From: Eledone cirrhosa
Taxonomy: Eukaryota
Reading direction: 5' to 3'
Length of the DNA: 64,000 bases
NCBI GenBank assembly: GCA_964016885.1
Contig: OZ024740.1
Coordinates: 161,696,001-161,760,000, forward strand
Shown: one piece after another, positions 13,970 to 29,104 of the stretch
Layout of the letters: every line of letters starts with the position of its first letter
Numbering within the stretch: the stretch's first letter is position 1
The notes under the pieces: model-generated
What the model saw: only the letters and a program-made list of their open reading frames with translations
The model's database searches: none
Told to the model about the DNA's origin: nothing
Made by a program: the position numbers and the translations under genes

Positions 13970-14521
13970 ACAAAGCTAGGTTTTATATATGTAAAGACAA
14001 AACAGATAATTTTGAGACACAAACGAAAGGGTTTTCAATTATATAACTCAAATATTTAAAGATGGAAAGACACAGGTTCCAAATTTAGCAAAATCGTTAA
14101 CAGCCCAGGAAAAGCACTCTTTAATTATGGTTCTTTGCGTACTAAGTTCAAATCGTGTTGAGGTAAACTTTGCATTTCATCCTTTAGACATGAACATTTT
14201 CATTGCAACCTTAAAATATAGATCAGACACTTCATTTATAGTTATATTATATCCGAATGCTGCAGTACTCTTTAGCATGCATCACCAGCAATAATCGAGA
14301 TATGCCTGCCAGTCATGTAACAAACGTTGCTCTTCTGTGCTCGTTTGTACACAATACCAACAGCTATGATTATGTTTTGCATTTAATTGATAAGTGGCAC
14401 TTATAGTATCGGTAAAAGCTGCATATCTTCAGCTGGGCTAAAAGGTTCATTAGCACGTATTAGTTATACTCAATATCAAACCATCGAGTGTGTATGAGTA
14501 TGTTAATATTTATATATTTAC

Positions 14522-14552
<31 letters not shown>

Positions 14553-14694
14553 TGTCGAGTCACTCTTGAGTGCTACTGGTAACATGTAATCCAGTACAAC
14601 CTGTCGTATGGTCGGGTCGTCGGCGATTAACCGGCAACCAAGTTTACTTGGTGAGGAGGTGACTTCGGACACGCTTCAGGACAAAAAACAAAAT

Positions 14695-14834
14695 TTCTAC
14701 AGCTGAGTAGACTGGAGCAACGTGAAATAAAGTGTCTTGCTCAAGGAAACAACACATCACCCGGTCCGAGAATAGAACTCACAACCTTTCGATTGCAAGC
14801 CCAATGCTTTAACCACTAAGCCATGCGCCTTCAC
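14695..14834 (-). mobile_element. tRNA-derived SINE head (third family)
   Basis: Minus strand TGAAGGCGCATGGCTTAGTGGTTAAAGC...GAGTTCTATTCTCGG...TTGAGCAAGACACTT. Confidence 0.7.
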
Positions 14835-14879
14835 ACATATATATGTGTGTGAAGGCGCATTATATATTATATATATATA

Positions 14880-14922
<43 letters not shown>

Positions 14923-14962
14923 ATATATAATCATAATAATAATAATAATTAATAATAATTAA

Positions 14963-15141
14963 TAATAATTGTTTCTACTTTAGGCACAAGGCCAGCAATT
15001 ACCCAGTGCATTACTGGTACTTTATTTTATCGACCCCGTAAGGATGAAAGGCAAAGTCAACCTCGGCGGGATTTGAACTCAGATCGTAAAGGGACGTAAC
15101 TATGCTGGAAAGCATGGTGCCCGACCCTCTACCGATACTGC

Positions 15142-15144
<3 letters not shown>
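14963..15144 (-). mobile_element. Young Nin/Deu-like SINE
   Basis: Near-identical reverse complement of 28825-29004, with an (ATT)n tail. Confidence 0.8.
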
Positions 15145-15171
<27 letters not shown>

Positions 15172-15173
<2 letters not shown>

Positions 15174-15374
15174 ACAAAGGAATTGTGGTAAGGAACCAGA
15201 TGGACCATATCGCACCAGAGTACTCAATACTTAGGGTAGTAGAGCGGGAATAGGAAAAAGTATGACACCGACGGCAGAGCTCAAGCTGTTTCGGCGGCTA
15301 TTTCTGGACTCAAATGTCCAGAAATAGCCGTCGAAACGGCTTGAGTTCTGCCGTCGGGTTCATACTTTTTCCTA
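15172..15374 (-). mobile_element. Fold-back mini-element family A, copy 4
   Basis: Tail in reverse orientation plus arms centred on GGCTATTTCTGGAC-tcaaat-GTCCAGAAATAGCC. Flanked by (TA)n. Confidence 0.75.
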
Positions 15375-15540
15375 TATATATATATATATAAAGATATAGG
15401 ATTTCGCTTCAAGCATAGCTTTATACAATATGTATAAATATTTCGTATCTCCAAAGAAATACAGTTTTAGGAAGCCGTAGCTATGCAAACACCGGGGGGC
15501 TAACGCCCTCTGGTGATGTTCAGCAGAAGCAAGGGGTACA

Positions 15541-15584
15541 ACCGTCTATGCATTTCAGGCTTAACTGGCCTTCGTCAGGACGGT
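15541..15584 (-). ncRNA. Intact minimal type I hammerhead ribozyme
   Basis: Minus strand reads ACCGTC-CTGACGA-AGGC-cagttaa-GCCT-GAAA-TGCA-TA-GACGGT. It lies in a TA-flanked segment ~15390-15630. Confidence 0.8.
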
Positions 15585-15664
15585 CCCTCCCACCGCTTGC
15601 GACTGCTGGACTAGAAGACAGCTGAGAATATATACTTTCTCGTCTGTGTAAATGAGGTGATTAA

Positions 15665-15710
<46 letters not shown>

Positions 15711-15750
15711 GAAACATAAGTCAATTGCATGAACTCATAATCCTTTATTT

Positions 15751-15806
15751 ACTGCTATATATATTATGATGATAGCCATTGAATGGCTATGACCTCATCA
15801 GGCAGT
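15751..15806 (-). ncRNA. Degenerate type I hammerhead in a TA-flanked PLE-like remnant (~15705-16110)
   Basis: Minus strand reads ACTGC-CTGATGA-GGTCATAGCCATTCAATGGCTATCATC-ATAA-TATATA-TA-GCAGT. GAAA is mutated. Confidence 0.5.
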
Positions 15807-16253
15807 TAGTCAGTGCTTAGATATGCCAGCTCTGTGTTTATAGTGTTGATGGTATCAGAGCCTTGAGACATATGAGCTTGTTAGGAATATTTTGATGTTG
15901 TCAGCAGGAATAGTCTTGATTCTCATTGGTCAGTTTGTAGATGGTAGTAGGTTGGTATTTGACCTCAAAGAGGCAGGTGGTTCTGTAAGGTTCAAACCAT
16001 CAGGCAAGATGACAATAGTTCCACATGACTCATTTTCACAAAAGGCATTCTTGATCAGATATATTTTCAAATAAGGTTAATAGTATGAAATAGATACTAC
16101 AGGTCATTCATATATATATATATATAGCTTTCACCGTATTTTTGACTACGGTGAAAGCTACGGTGAAAGCTTCGGTGAAAGCTATATATTTTCTAATTTC
16201 AAACCTGCTCACTGTTTCAAAACATACTTACTTGATATATATATATGTAAATG

Positions 16254-17422
<1,169 letters not shown>

Positions 17423-17423
<1 letters not shown>

Positions 17424-17579
17424 AACGAAGGAAATGTGGTAAGGAACCAGGTGGACCATAACGCACCAAAGTACTCAATACTTAGGGTAGTAGAGTGGGT
17501 AATAGGAACGAGTAGGACCCCACGGCTGAGCTCAAGCCGTTTCGACAGCTAATTCTGGACTAAGTCTAGTCCAGAATTA
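17423..17579 (-). mobile_element. Fold-back mini-element family A, copy 5 (stops just after the central hairpin)
   Basis: Tail and one arm, ending TAATTCTGGACTAAGTCTAGTCCAGAATTA, then (TA)n. Confidence 0.75.
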
Positions 17580-17593
17580 TATATATATATATG

Positions 17594-17625
<32 letters not shown>

Positions 17626-17731
17626 TATATAGTAATAATAAATTTGAAGACTAAAATCCAAAGAGGGCTCGATAAGGATAAATATATATCAAATATATAA
17701 GAACCGTAGAGCAAATATTTATTAAAATAAC

Positions 17732-18287
17732 AGATTAAAGTTTAAGCAAAGAATCGCTGCTTTCACCCTTAACGGGATCTTCTGAAACTAACAAAGTCAA
17801 TCTGTCAATGCAGAAGTGAATATTTAAAAAACGTTGCAACCTGAGGAAGACAGGAAGACGATACTTTGGTTCGTGGAAACGTTCCCTGGCAAAGAACGGG
17901 AAAAAACGAATATAATACGTCATTATTTGGAGCGGTGAAAACAATTACACGCAAAGACAAAACCACGTTTATGGTATAAAAGAAGTCGTAGACTAATATT
18001 CTCTTAGGTGGTTCATAGAGACGTTCTCTGGCAACTTCAGTTATACCATTTACGTGGTCTTGTCTTTGCGTGCAATTGTTCTCCCCGTTCCACATATGAC
18101 GTATTATCTTCGTTTTTTTCGTTCATTGCCAGGGAACGTTTCTACGAACCAAATTATCGTCTTCCTGTCTTCCTCCGGTTGCAACGTTTTTTGAAATATT
18201 CACTTTTGCGTTTACAGATTGACTTTGTTAGTTTCAGAAGATCCCGTTAAGGGTGAAAGCAGCGATTCTTTGCTTAAACTTTAATCT
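17732..18287. mobile_element. Fold-back/MITE-like element with ~250-bp terminal inverted repeats
   Basis: Arms 17732-17978 and 18041-18287 (AGATTAAAGTTTAAGCAAAGAATCGC... / ...GCGATTCTTTGCTTAAACTTTAATCT) with a ~60-bp spacer. Confidence 0.75.
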
Positions 18288-18302
18288 ATGTATGTATATA
18301 TA

Positions 18303-18467
18303 TATATCGACAGTCGATCGACTTTCGTGAAATCGGACCAGGTAGAAGGAGCAACGTTAAATGAAGTGTCTTGCTCAAGAACATAACGCATCGCCTGGTC
18401 CGGGAATCGAACTCACAACCTCACAATTGCAAATCCAATTCTCTAATCACTCAGCCACGCGCCTTCA
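18303..18467 (-). mobile_element. tRNA-derived SINE head (third family), left member of an inverted pair
   Basis: A-box TGGCTGAGTGATT and B-box GAGTTCGATTCCC on the minus strand. Confidence 0.75.
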
Positions 18468-18563
<96 letters not shown>

Positions 18564-18569
18564 AATATA

Positions 18570-19246
<677 letters not shown>

Positions 19247-19259
19247 ATATATATATATA

Positions 19260-19424
19260 TGAAGGCGCGTGGCTGAGTGATTAGAGAATTGGATTTGCAA
19301 TTGTGAGGTTGTGAGTTCGATTCCCGAACCAGGCGATGCGTTATGTTCTTGAGCAAGACACTTCATTTCACGTTTCTCCTTCTACCTGGTCCGATTTCAC
19401 GAAAGTCGATCGACTGTCGATATA
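19260..19424 (+). mobile_element. tRNA-derived SINE head (third family), right member of an inverted pair
   Basis: Near-identical reverse complement of 18303-18467, including the same 3' flank. Confidence 0.75.
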
Positions 19425-19978
19425 CATACATACATACATACATACATACATACATACATACATACATACATACATACATACATACATACATACATACATA
19501 CATACATAGTTCGTTCACATGATATGGGTGGGTATATGTCTTGTCAACGATGTGAGATGATGAGGGGTAGTGAGGAAGGTGTTCAAGTTACCACTTCCAA
19601 GACTCTAACAAAGTAGCTATCACGTGATCGAGTCGTTTATTTATAATGATACATATAGAATTAGCTCTGATCTGTGATACTTTGCGTGAGAGCTAGTAAA
19701 CATTATTTAAGTAAAAAGCAAAAATCAATTCAAAGTTTTCTTGTATTTAGATGTGCTAAACGAAGGAAAGCCCATGTCTTTGGCAGCCTCTCCAATACTG
19801 ATGACGTCAGTGTAGTTTTATACATATATACTTATATAAAACATACAATCGCACGCACAAGTTCAAGCTGACTATCAGCCATATCACCCCCATAAGTATA
19901 GGAGAATATATTTGTATATTTATGTATGTGTACTTGTTTACACACACTCATATGTATATATATATATATATGCTTACT

Positions 19979-20058
<80 letters not shown>

Positions 20059-20060
20059 AC

Positions 20061-20091
<31 letters not shown>

Positions 20092-20109
20092 CACATATAT
20101 ATATATATA

Positions 20110-20140
<31 letters not shown>

Positions 20141-20896
20141 CATACATACATATATATATTCATACATATATATATGCGCGTGTGTGTGTCAATAAGAATA
20201 TATATATATATGTGTGTGTGAATGCATAGATATAAAGATAGATATACATAAATACACACGCACATATATCCACCTAAACACACATTCATTCATACACATC
20301 CATATAGTCATATGTGTGTTTGTACGTACGTGTGTGTATGGGTGTGGGTGTTTGTGTGTGTGTGTTTATGTGTGTGTGTGGGGGGGGGGTGCACAGGCTA
20401 ACATACATATATATTCAAACACTTTTGCAGCATGCGTTTTCAAATACATTGTTATCATTTGGCATAACATCACATGTTCCTCACTCACTGAAAGTACAAA
20501 TGGGACACACAACTACATAATCCCACACATGAGCCAGCGACACACACACATATATATACACATGCACGCACATTCATACATACACGTATCGTTTCTTTGT
20601 TTTTTCTGTGTTTTTAAAATATATTTTCATTGCTTGTTTTTTTTTTCCAGTATTTTTTATTTATTTACTTATCTATTTATTTATGTCAAAAGCGTGACAT
20701 GTTGAAATAAACTCTATGTAAATCTATCGTTTTCTTACAAACAATACTATCAATTATATAACATGCGATACCCGTTTTAGCTTTGACCTCTCTCGCCTAT
20801 ACGCCGAAGTATAAAGATAGTCACTAAGTCCAAAGCACCACCCTTGTAATAATAACAATGCAAATACAATAGTGGCCGGCTACTCAGACTCACAAT

Positions 20897-20980
<84 letters not shown>

Positions 20981-21123
20981 TTTGGAACGCTCCAAAAGGC
21001 ATGCTTGCTTGGAACGGCAAGAACCCTCCGATACGTCCTGAATATCTGAGGCTGCAGGTAGTGGCTTGATATTCAATCCAACGGACTTTCCAGTTAACCA
21101 ACATCAATGACTGAGATTCAAGG
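20981..21123 (+). mobile_element. 3' end of an R4/Dong-type non-LTR retrotransposon in (TAA)n
   Basis: 20981-21049 translates FGTLQKACLLGTARTLRYVLNI*, the typical R4/Dong C-terminus. (TAA)n on both sides. Confidence 0.75.
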
Positions 21124-21135
21124 AATAACAATAAC

Positions 21136-21185
<50 letters not shown>

Positions 21186-21679
21186 CTTTATGGTAATGGC
21201 CTGTACATGACAAGGACAAATTAACTTGTTATTATCGATACAAATACTGTGTGTATGGAGTTAAAATTATGTGCAAAGCAAATCGCCTATCCAGCGACAT
21301 CAACTCTCTGAGTACTAATGATGGATATTCACATGAAAATCAATAAAGACGAATGAAGAAGAAAAGGAAAGGAAAGGAGAGAGAAGAGGAACAAAAACAA
21401 ACAGTCAAGGTGGAGATGGGGGAGAGATGCATAGAATACAATAAGGAATAATTAATGAATAGAGAGGGAAAGATGGATGGTTGGATAAGAGGGAAAGATA
21501 GAAAGGCGAATATATAAAGAGCGATACAGAGAGACATAGAGAAGAGAGTATATATAATAAGGAAAAAGACTGTGATTAAAAAATATGTGGTTGAAGAGAG
21601 AGAAAGAGAGAGGGGGAATTGAGGGGGACGAGAGAGAGAGAGAGTAAGAAGGAGAGAGAGAGGGAGAAAGAGAGGGGGG

Positions 21680-21738
<59 letters not shown>

Positions 21739-24246
21739 AGCGTGAGTAGATAGGCAGAGAGAGCGTAATTTGATTCTATCATCCGCAATTTCGACAAAAA
21801 CCGTGGCTACACAGGATTTATATAATAAACAATAATAGTAATAGTATTAAACAAATAATTCTTTATTAGCCACAAGGACCCAAAACTTTGGAGACAGCAT
21901 AAAACAAGAAAAAAATAGCAATCGTATTTACATAGACACAATGCTCCAAAGTCAGGCTAAGGTTCCATCTATATAGTCAAATATGTGAATCCCAGTATTA
22001 GACTATGTTATTGACACCTGAAGGATAAAAGGCATGTTTAAGCTTAACTCGATTTGAACTCAGAACGTAAGTGGCTTTAACTAAATGTTGCAAGGCCGAC
22101 GCTCCAACAACAAAGAAAACATCCCTTAAAAGTGGGAAATCCACTAGGGCTAATTAAGAGGCCCACAGATGCATTATCACCCTGATCTCCAAGAGCAAAT
22201 GTACCCTCTCATTCCTCGGTCTGCAGTCGGATGTTGAGGGTAAACCTTTTCACTTAAGCCGTGCTTACCATTCTTATCCACTTTGTAATAATTTTAAGGG
22301 GAAGTTGAAAACTTTCGGCAATAGTACTAACAACAACAACAGTAGCAATGATACTTTATTTGAATTTTGCTATAATGAAACATACAAAATGAGGATGATA
22401 ACGACGATGATGATGGTCTTGATTTTAAAAAAAAACGGATATAAGATTCAGGCAAAGTACTAAGAGAGACACAGAGATTGGGAGAGAGTGGGGAGCACAT
22501 ATTTTGGAGGACAGATGAATGGAGTGGGAGTGTTCTTCTAAAGTAAGTATGATTATATTTGAACGGTGGAGGATTAAAAGAGATTATTTATAAAGCCAAC
22601 ATGAATTAATAGCAGAAATTGCTGAAATATTTATTGACTGGAGAAGCTGGCTATACAGAGAGGTAGAAGCCAAATAAATAAACATTCGAGAGGAAGAGAA
22701 ATTAGGGGATTGCTTGATCAAAACGGTTTAGCTTCGGCCATTTTTTTTTCGTTCGAAAGACGCAGAATAAGATGTATGAGAAATAAATGAATGAATGAAT
22801 GAATAAATAAATAAATAAATAAATAAATAAATCAGATAATCAATGAATATATTTATTGATGTTTTATGAAGCTGCAGCAATGTAAAAAGGAATCATGATT
22901 CGATAGAGAAAATACAAAATGGCGCGGTTACGAGCGTAAAAGCATTAAAAAAATAAAATCTAGGGTATGATTTCACAGAATATTATCTAATCATTACGTC
23001 TATGATACTAAAAAGCTAATAATTTCGATATAGCTTTGATACAGCTGGTTTTTATGATACAAAGCTGATATTGCCCAAATTTTCAGAATTTCAGTAACAA
23101 TTCACTTTTCTTCCTAAACATTGTCAGTTGTGTTATTATCAACACACAGAAAAGGTGTCGGAGAAAATGTTCTGCAGCATTCTTTTTTGCTCTTTACAGT
23201 CTCGTTTCAAATCCCGTCGAGTTCACACTTCTTCTTTCATCCTTCTGGAAATGATAAAATAAAGTACCTTTCAAATACTGGGATTCATGTAATCGACTTT
23301 CCCTTCCTACAAATTGCAAGTCATGTATCTAGATTAGAAAACATTGGACTGGCAGAATGGTCGCCGTTTGTCTATGTTAGGAATAGTTATCAACACACAG
23401 ACGCAGAGCAATGACAGAAGATAGTGAAACTAATAGACACTGCGATTAAAAGGTATCTCGTGTTGTTTACTACAAGAAAACATTTTCACGTTTTCATTCG
23501 GTAGGTAATGGTAAATCTCATGATCGTAAAGTCGTGAGTTCCAATGCCGACGAGGCACTGTCATTGATTAAGGCACTTAATTTCACGGTGCTTCAATTCC
23601 CTCAGCTAAAAATAATGAGTTGTACGCGTAATTCAAAAAGCTAGGCTTGTCACATACTGTGTCACACCGAATCTCTCTTAGAACTGTGTTAAGAATACAC
23701 GCGTCTGTGGAATGCCCTTGGTTATCTGCACAACGACGCTGCAAGATGAAGATCAAATTTTAGAGAGAGTCATTTTAGATCTTGTGTAAGCTTAATAACA
23801 TAGAACGCCATCGGATAAAATGCTTTGTTGTATTTGCTCTGGATCTGTGTGCTTTGAGTACAGATTCCGCCGAGGTCTACGTTGCCTTTCATTCTTTTGA
23901 GGACGATGATGTACGAGTCTAATATTGGAGTTGCGCTTTCCCATATAACTCTTTGTCATTTCCTCTATGTCCTTCTCTCTTCGTATCTGGAAGAAGCCGG
24001 CTGTGTTCTATGGTCTTTAGAAGTCTGCAGTAATACACTTTGGAACTTAATGATCCTGGTCATTGACCTCAGAAATGTTCCCCTGTTCAGCAGTGTGTGG
24101 GTTTCACCGTTTGTAAATGACTCATTCACCAAGATTGCGCATTAACTATTCTACTTCTCTTGGCTTTGCCAGTAGGCCTAAGCTATGTGGCTCCAGAATA
24201 CAATGCCTTGCCAAAGGACAACTCGTGTATGCTCCATACAGAGAGA

Positions 24247-24354
<108 letters not shown>

Positions 24355-25107
24355 CACACACACACACACATATATAGATATAGATATATATATATATATA
24401 TACGGTCTGTATATAAACGTCTATAGCATTGTTTGTTTGAATGTTCTTGTTGTCTTGTGTTATCCATATAGTTGTCTATCTAAGTACATTAACACATAGG
24501 CATAGAACACACAAATCTACTAAGTCAATAGTTCCAATAGTTGCTAAGCATTCCTTTTGGATTTTTTCTCTGGGTCAGAAAATCATTTGCATATAGGGCA
24601 GCTAAACTTCATACAAAAATAAACACCCACATACAAAAACAATAAAACATATACATATATACTATCACTACAGGAATCCTTGTCATGTAAAATACTCGAA
24701 TCCTTATGATAAAATGTCTATTATTTTAGTTATTATAATTACTGATATGAAATCTATTTCGTTATCGTGGTTGATCTTAAGTTGAGATGAATTAAGCCAG
24801 CGACCATCTTGCTATTATTTTACAATATATATATATTTTTTTTTCCATATTAATGTTGTGAGAGAATGTTAAAGAGGATCCTAAGTCAACTTCCTAAATA
24901 GTTATCTTCTCGTGTCACTATTGAAAATATTCTCTCGTTCATACTTAATAACGAGTTGATGGAGTTGTTAGAACTTCGGATAGAAAGAATGCCTGCGTAA
25001 TTCGTTCCGACTCTCTGGACTCTGAATTCAAATCCGTCTGAGACCAACTTTACTTTTAACCTCTGAAGATTTGAGAAATAAAATAGTAGTCCAGTAATGG
25101 GATAAAA

Positions 25108-25233
<126 letters not shown>

Positions 25234-25475
25234 ATTGTCTGTGTCCAGACATATATGTCTCCATGAGTGTAAGACAGATCTACAAACTACTTCCACCGGA
25301 TGAACCAGCAAGGATGAAAGTCTCTACGTCTTATCTTTTCCTAGATACTGTTATGAAGCAAAAGATAATCGTATCATTTTAAACCTGACGGAGCCAATCC
25401 CTCACCATATCTGAACACAGCCGATTTCTTCCAGATACAGAGAGAACGCGAAGGGAGGAGTGTAGACGATTCGCC

Positions 25476-25620
25476 CCCAGTACTAGACCGATATTTCTTT
25501 TTACGACCTCGAAAGGATGAAAGGCAAAGTTGACCTTGGCGGGATTTAAACGCATAGAAACAGAACGAATGCCGCAAAGAATTTGATCTGAAATAGTGAT
25601 GATTCTGCCAATTCGCCGCC
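25476..25620 (-). mobile_element. Nin/Deu-like SINE
   Basis: CGACCTCGAAAGGATGAAAGGCAAAGTTGACCTTGGCGGGATTT...TTCTGCCAATTCGCCGCC. Confidence 0.7.
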
Positions 25621-26591
25621 ATTATGAGTATCAAGAGGTAGTAAACTTATGTATTATGCTCCCAAAGGCTCTCTTCCGTTGGGTATAGTGCACATAATCT
25701 CAAGTCTTGAATAACCGTCTCCGCCTCGCTTATTATTTTTCAGATTTTCCCCCACCCTCAACTTATCAAATTTTGCTAATCTATCTCCGGCGAAATTTTA
25801 TTGTGAGTGATTCATATTGATACAGCAGCTGGAGAATCTAATAGCAATTTTATTTCACATTAAAAACATTATATATGATGAAAAACATTACAAGATATCC
25901 CATATTTATGGACGTTCACTCAACAACCCCGTTTATTTCACCACCACCCCCACCACAATCCTCTTATAAGAATGTAAGCAAATGTCCACCACGACCCCCA
26001 CCACCCCTGCTATTCCAACCCTCACCCCTATTATTTGTGACCCGAGAATGGGTATTGTACAGGGAAATAAATAACTAAAACAGTGTCTAACTACACTGTT
26101 TATAAATATACCCACCAAAACACCCGCTATTTCGATTTAACAAATAGCTCACTAGGTTCTACTTCTTTGCAAAACTAATTCTGACAATGCAATGAGTTTT
26201 TTTCTCTTAGTTTCTTTTCTCTTTTGTTATGCAAATTATTTGTGGCCAAGAATTTCTCATCTCCTTTTGTATATGCCAGACCGTTTACATGTGTTCGGAG
26301 ACGGGAAGGAACAATGAAAAGCCGGTGACGCCTTTCTTGGTAAAAACACCTGCCCATAAAAACACCTTGGTAAAAACACCTTGTCTCCGAAACAAAACTC
26401 ATTTTGTCTTTTTTCACTTAGCATACTAATTTACTGTGAATATATTCTTAAGTTCTTGAGAATATTTCCCCTTCTCATTCTCGCTAACAAACACCGGTAG
26501 ATTTTTTTAATTAAATTTTCTCAGTCCGGGAGAGAAAGTTTAATAATTTAAGAAATTATCGAATACACCCCATCTAATTTATTGTCCAAAT

Positions 26592-26631
<40 letters not shown>

Positions 26632-26752
26632 ACGCACACAAACACCACTATATTATTTGTAAGCTACAAGAGATTTAAATTGTGTTAAACGAAATTGCTA
26701 TTAGCCATGGAGATTTCTTTATCTCTTATAGGCTTTTGAAATTATTTGTGGG

Positions 26753-26784
<32 letters not shown>

Positions 26785-26954
26785 CATTTGTGTGTGTATA
26801 TACATACATACATGTGTGGGTGTGTGGGTGGGTGTGTGTGTGTGTGTGTGTGTGTGATGAAAAGCAACATGGGAACGGTTAGATTGCAACCAACTAGCAT
26901 CTGTTGATACAACCTACGTTTACATACATACATACATGGACGGACTCACTCACT

Positions 26955-27059
<105 letters not shown>

Positions 27060-27411
27060 TCAAACAATGTGTGTGTAGACATATGTCTTTGTGTATGTAC
27101 ATGTACATATATATCCGTGTGGATGTGACTGGTTTTCGTATGTTCAAGTCATCCAACAAATAGTTTCCAACAGGGGTCCTTCTCCATAAGATGTCAGACA
27201 CAAACGATCCCAGGTGCTGAACATTCAGTAAGCGAGGGAGAGTCATTGTCGATGTGGTGTGGTGGTGGTGGTGGTGGTATGGTGCTGCTGCTTTCGCTGT
27301 ATTTGATGAGTGTGGTAGTGGTGGTGGCCGTAGTAGGGGTGGATGAGGTGGTTGTGATGGTAACGCTAGTGGTAGAAGGAGGATAAAGAAAATATAAAAC
27401 AAAGTGAGATC

Positions 27412-27485
<74 letters not shown>

Positions 27486-27660
27486 GAGGAGGAGGAGGAG
27501 GGGGGGGGGGGTTAGAAAACACAATCCCAACGGTGAATATTGGATATTGTTGGAGAATGTGATTAAGAAATAGTCAGGGTTTGAAAACTTACAATATATA
27601 TATATACACACATACACACACACACACACACATACACACACACATATAGATAGATAGATA

Positions 27661-27857
27661 AGTTTATCCCGGGTTCAATCAGGGGTAACCACAGTAAGTA
27701 AGGTACTCAATACATAGCAGAGTAAAAATATTTAATATAGAAAGGGCTTCTACAGGACTAGAACTGTTTCATTCAGGAGAAATCAGCAGGAAGCTCGGGC
27801 TTCCTAATGATTTCTCCCGAATGAAACAGTTCTAGTCTTGTAGAAGCCATTTCTATA
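27661..27857 (-). mobile_element. Fold-back mini-element family B, copy 2
   Basis: Reversed tail, then arms 27736-27795 and 27797-27857. Each arm carries (G)GCTTC-CT(G/A)(C/A)TGA-...-GAAACAG...YTGTA-GAAGCC. Confidence 0.7.
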
Positions 27858-27889
27858 AATATATATTTATATATATATATATATATATA

Positions 27890-28061
27890 CATTACCTGTT
27901 GAGCGTGTCAGTAGTGGTCAGTTAGTTTATAGAATGGAGTGACATCTAGCGCCATCTCCAGTCTACAACACCACAAGACAATTGACATGCATAGACTGGA
28001 AGTCTCCTTTGATAGAAAGGTACATTTTTATTGATGATAGTCAAACTGATTATACGTGGTT

Positions 28062-28062
<1 letters not shown>
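27890..28062. repeat. Near-identical direct duplication with 29708-29880
   Basis: ~173 bp CATTACCTGTTGAGCG...TATACGTGGTTT, followed by (CT)n(AT)n in both copies. Confidence 0.9.
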
Positions 28063-28121
<59 letters not shown>

Positions 28122-28128
28122 CGCGCGA

Positions 28129-28162
<34 letters not shown>

Positions 28163-28814
28163 ACGTGTGTATGTGTGTTTTAGCTCAATGTAATAATAGG
28201 ATCACGCAGAACCGTTATATAGTCACAATTTGTTTACAAACCAAAAATTTAAAGTTCAAGGCATTCAAATACTGACAATTGTTTTGTTTGTTTTTTCCCA
28301 CAGTGATATACTTCATACAGAAAATCATTTCATTTAACGATTTGCAATTAGTAAGTATAGACTATGGGTGTCATCAGAGTTTAATTAAAATACCAATACT
28401 AATCTGTCAGTAAAAAAGAATATATAATATATATCACTCATCAGAATATAGACAAAACATTTACCGTTACAAATGTAGTTTAAAAAACATTATAGTCCGG
28501 ATTTGAACTCAGAAGGCAAAGAGTCGGAACGAATATCGCAAAATATTTTATCTGACATTCATTCTGACAATTAATCATTAATATTACTAGCAGTGTGTAT
28601 ATTGATATTATACGCAGGTATATATGCATGTAGATATGATCAAATAAAATCGTAATTGACAATATCCACAGAAATTGAACGAAGACTGTGTTACACTGTC
28701 TTATGTAATCAGAAATTTTAAAGAAGTGAATCTTTATATAAACAAAATATATTTAATCAACAGCCACGAAATTTAGCAGATAAATTATGTAATATTCATT
28801 CATTATTTATTCAG

Positions 28815-29004
28815 GGCGGTGGATTGGCAGTATCGGTAGAGGGTCGGAAGCCATGCTTTCCAGCATAGTTACGTCCCTTTACGATCTGAGTTCAAATCCC
28901 GCCGAGGTTGACTTTGCCTTTCATCCTTACGGGGTCGATAAAATAAAGTACCAGTAATGCACTGGGTAATTGCTGGCCTTGTGCCTAAAGTAGAAACAAT
29001 TATT
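28815..29004 (+). mobile_element. Young full-length tRNA-derived SINE with Nin/Deu-like domain
   Basis: A-box-like TGGCAGTATCGG, B-box GAGTTCAAATCCC, and domain GCCTTTCATCCTTACGGGGTCGATAAAATAAAGTACC. Confidence 0.8.
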
Positions 29005-29104
29005 TATTCAAAGTAATCCAACTTATTTTACTAATGGGATAACAAAATTATAAACCGTACGCAGTCCCGCGCTCTTTACATAGTTTAGATAGAATATTTA
29101 AGCA

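Noticed and set aside
17835-17895. CTGAGGA...GAAACGTT in the fold-back arm as a hammerhead
   Set aside because: There is no convincing stem I or II, and the mirror arm does not keep the core.
18390-18467. tRNA genes suggested by A and B boxes
   Set aside because: They lack a cloverleaf acceptor stem and continue into shared SINE bodies, so they are SINE heads.
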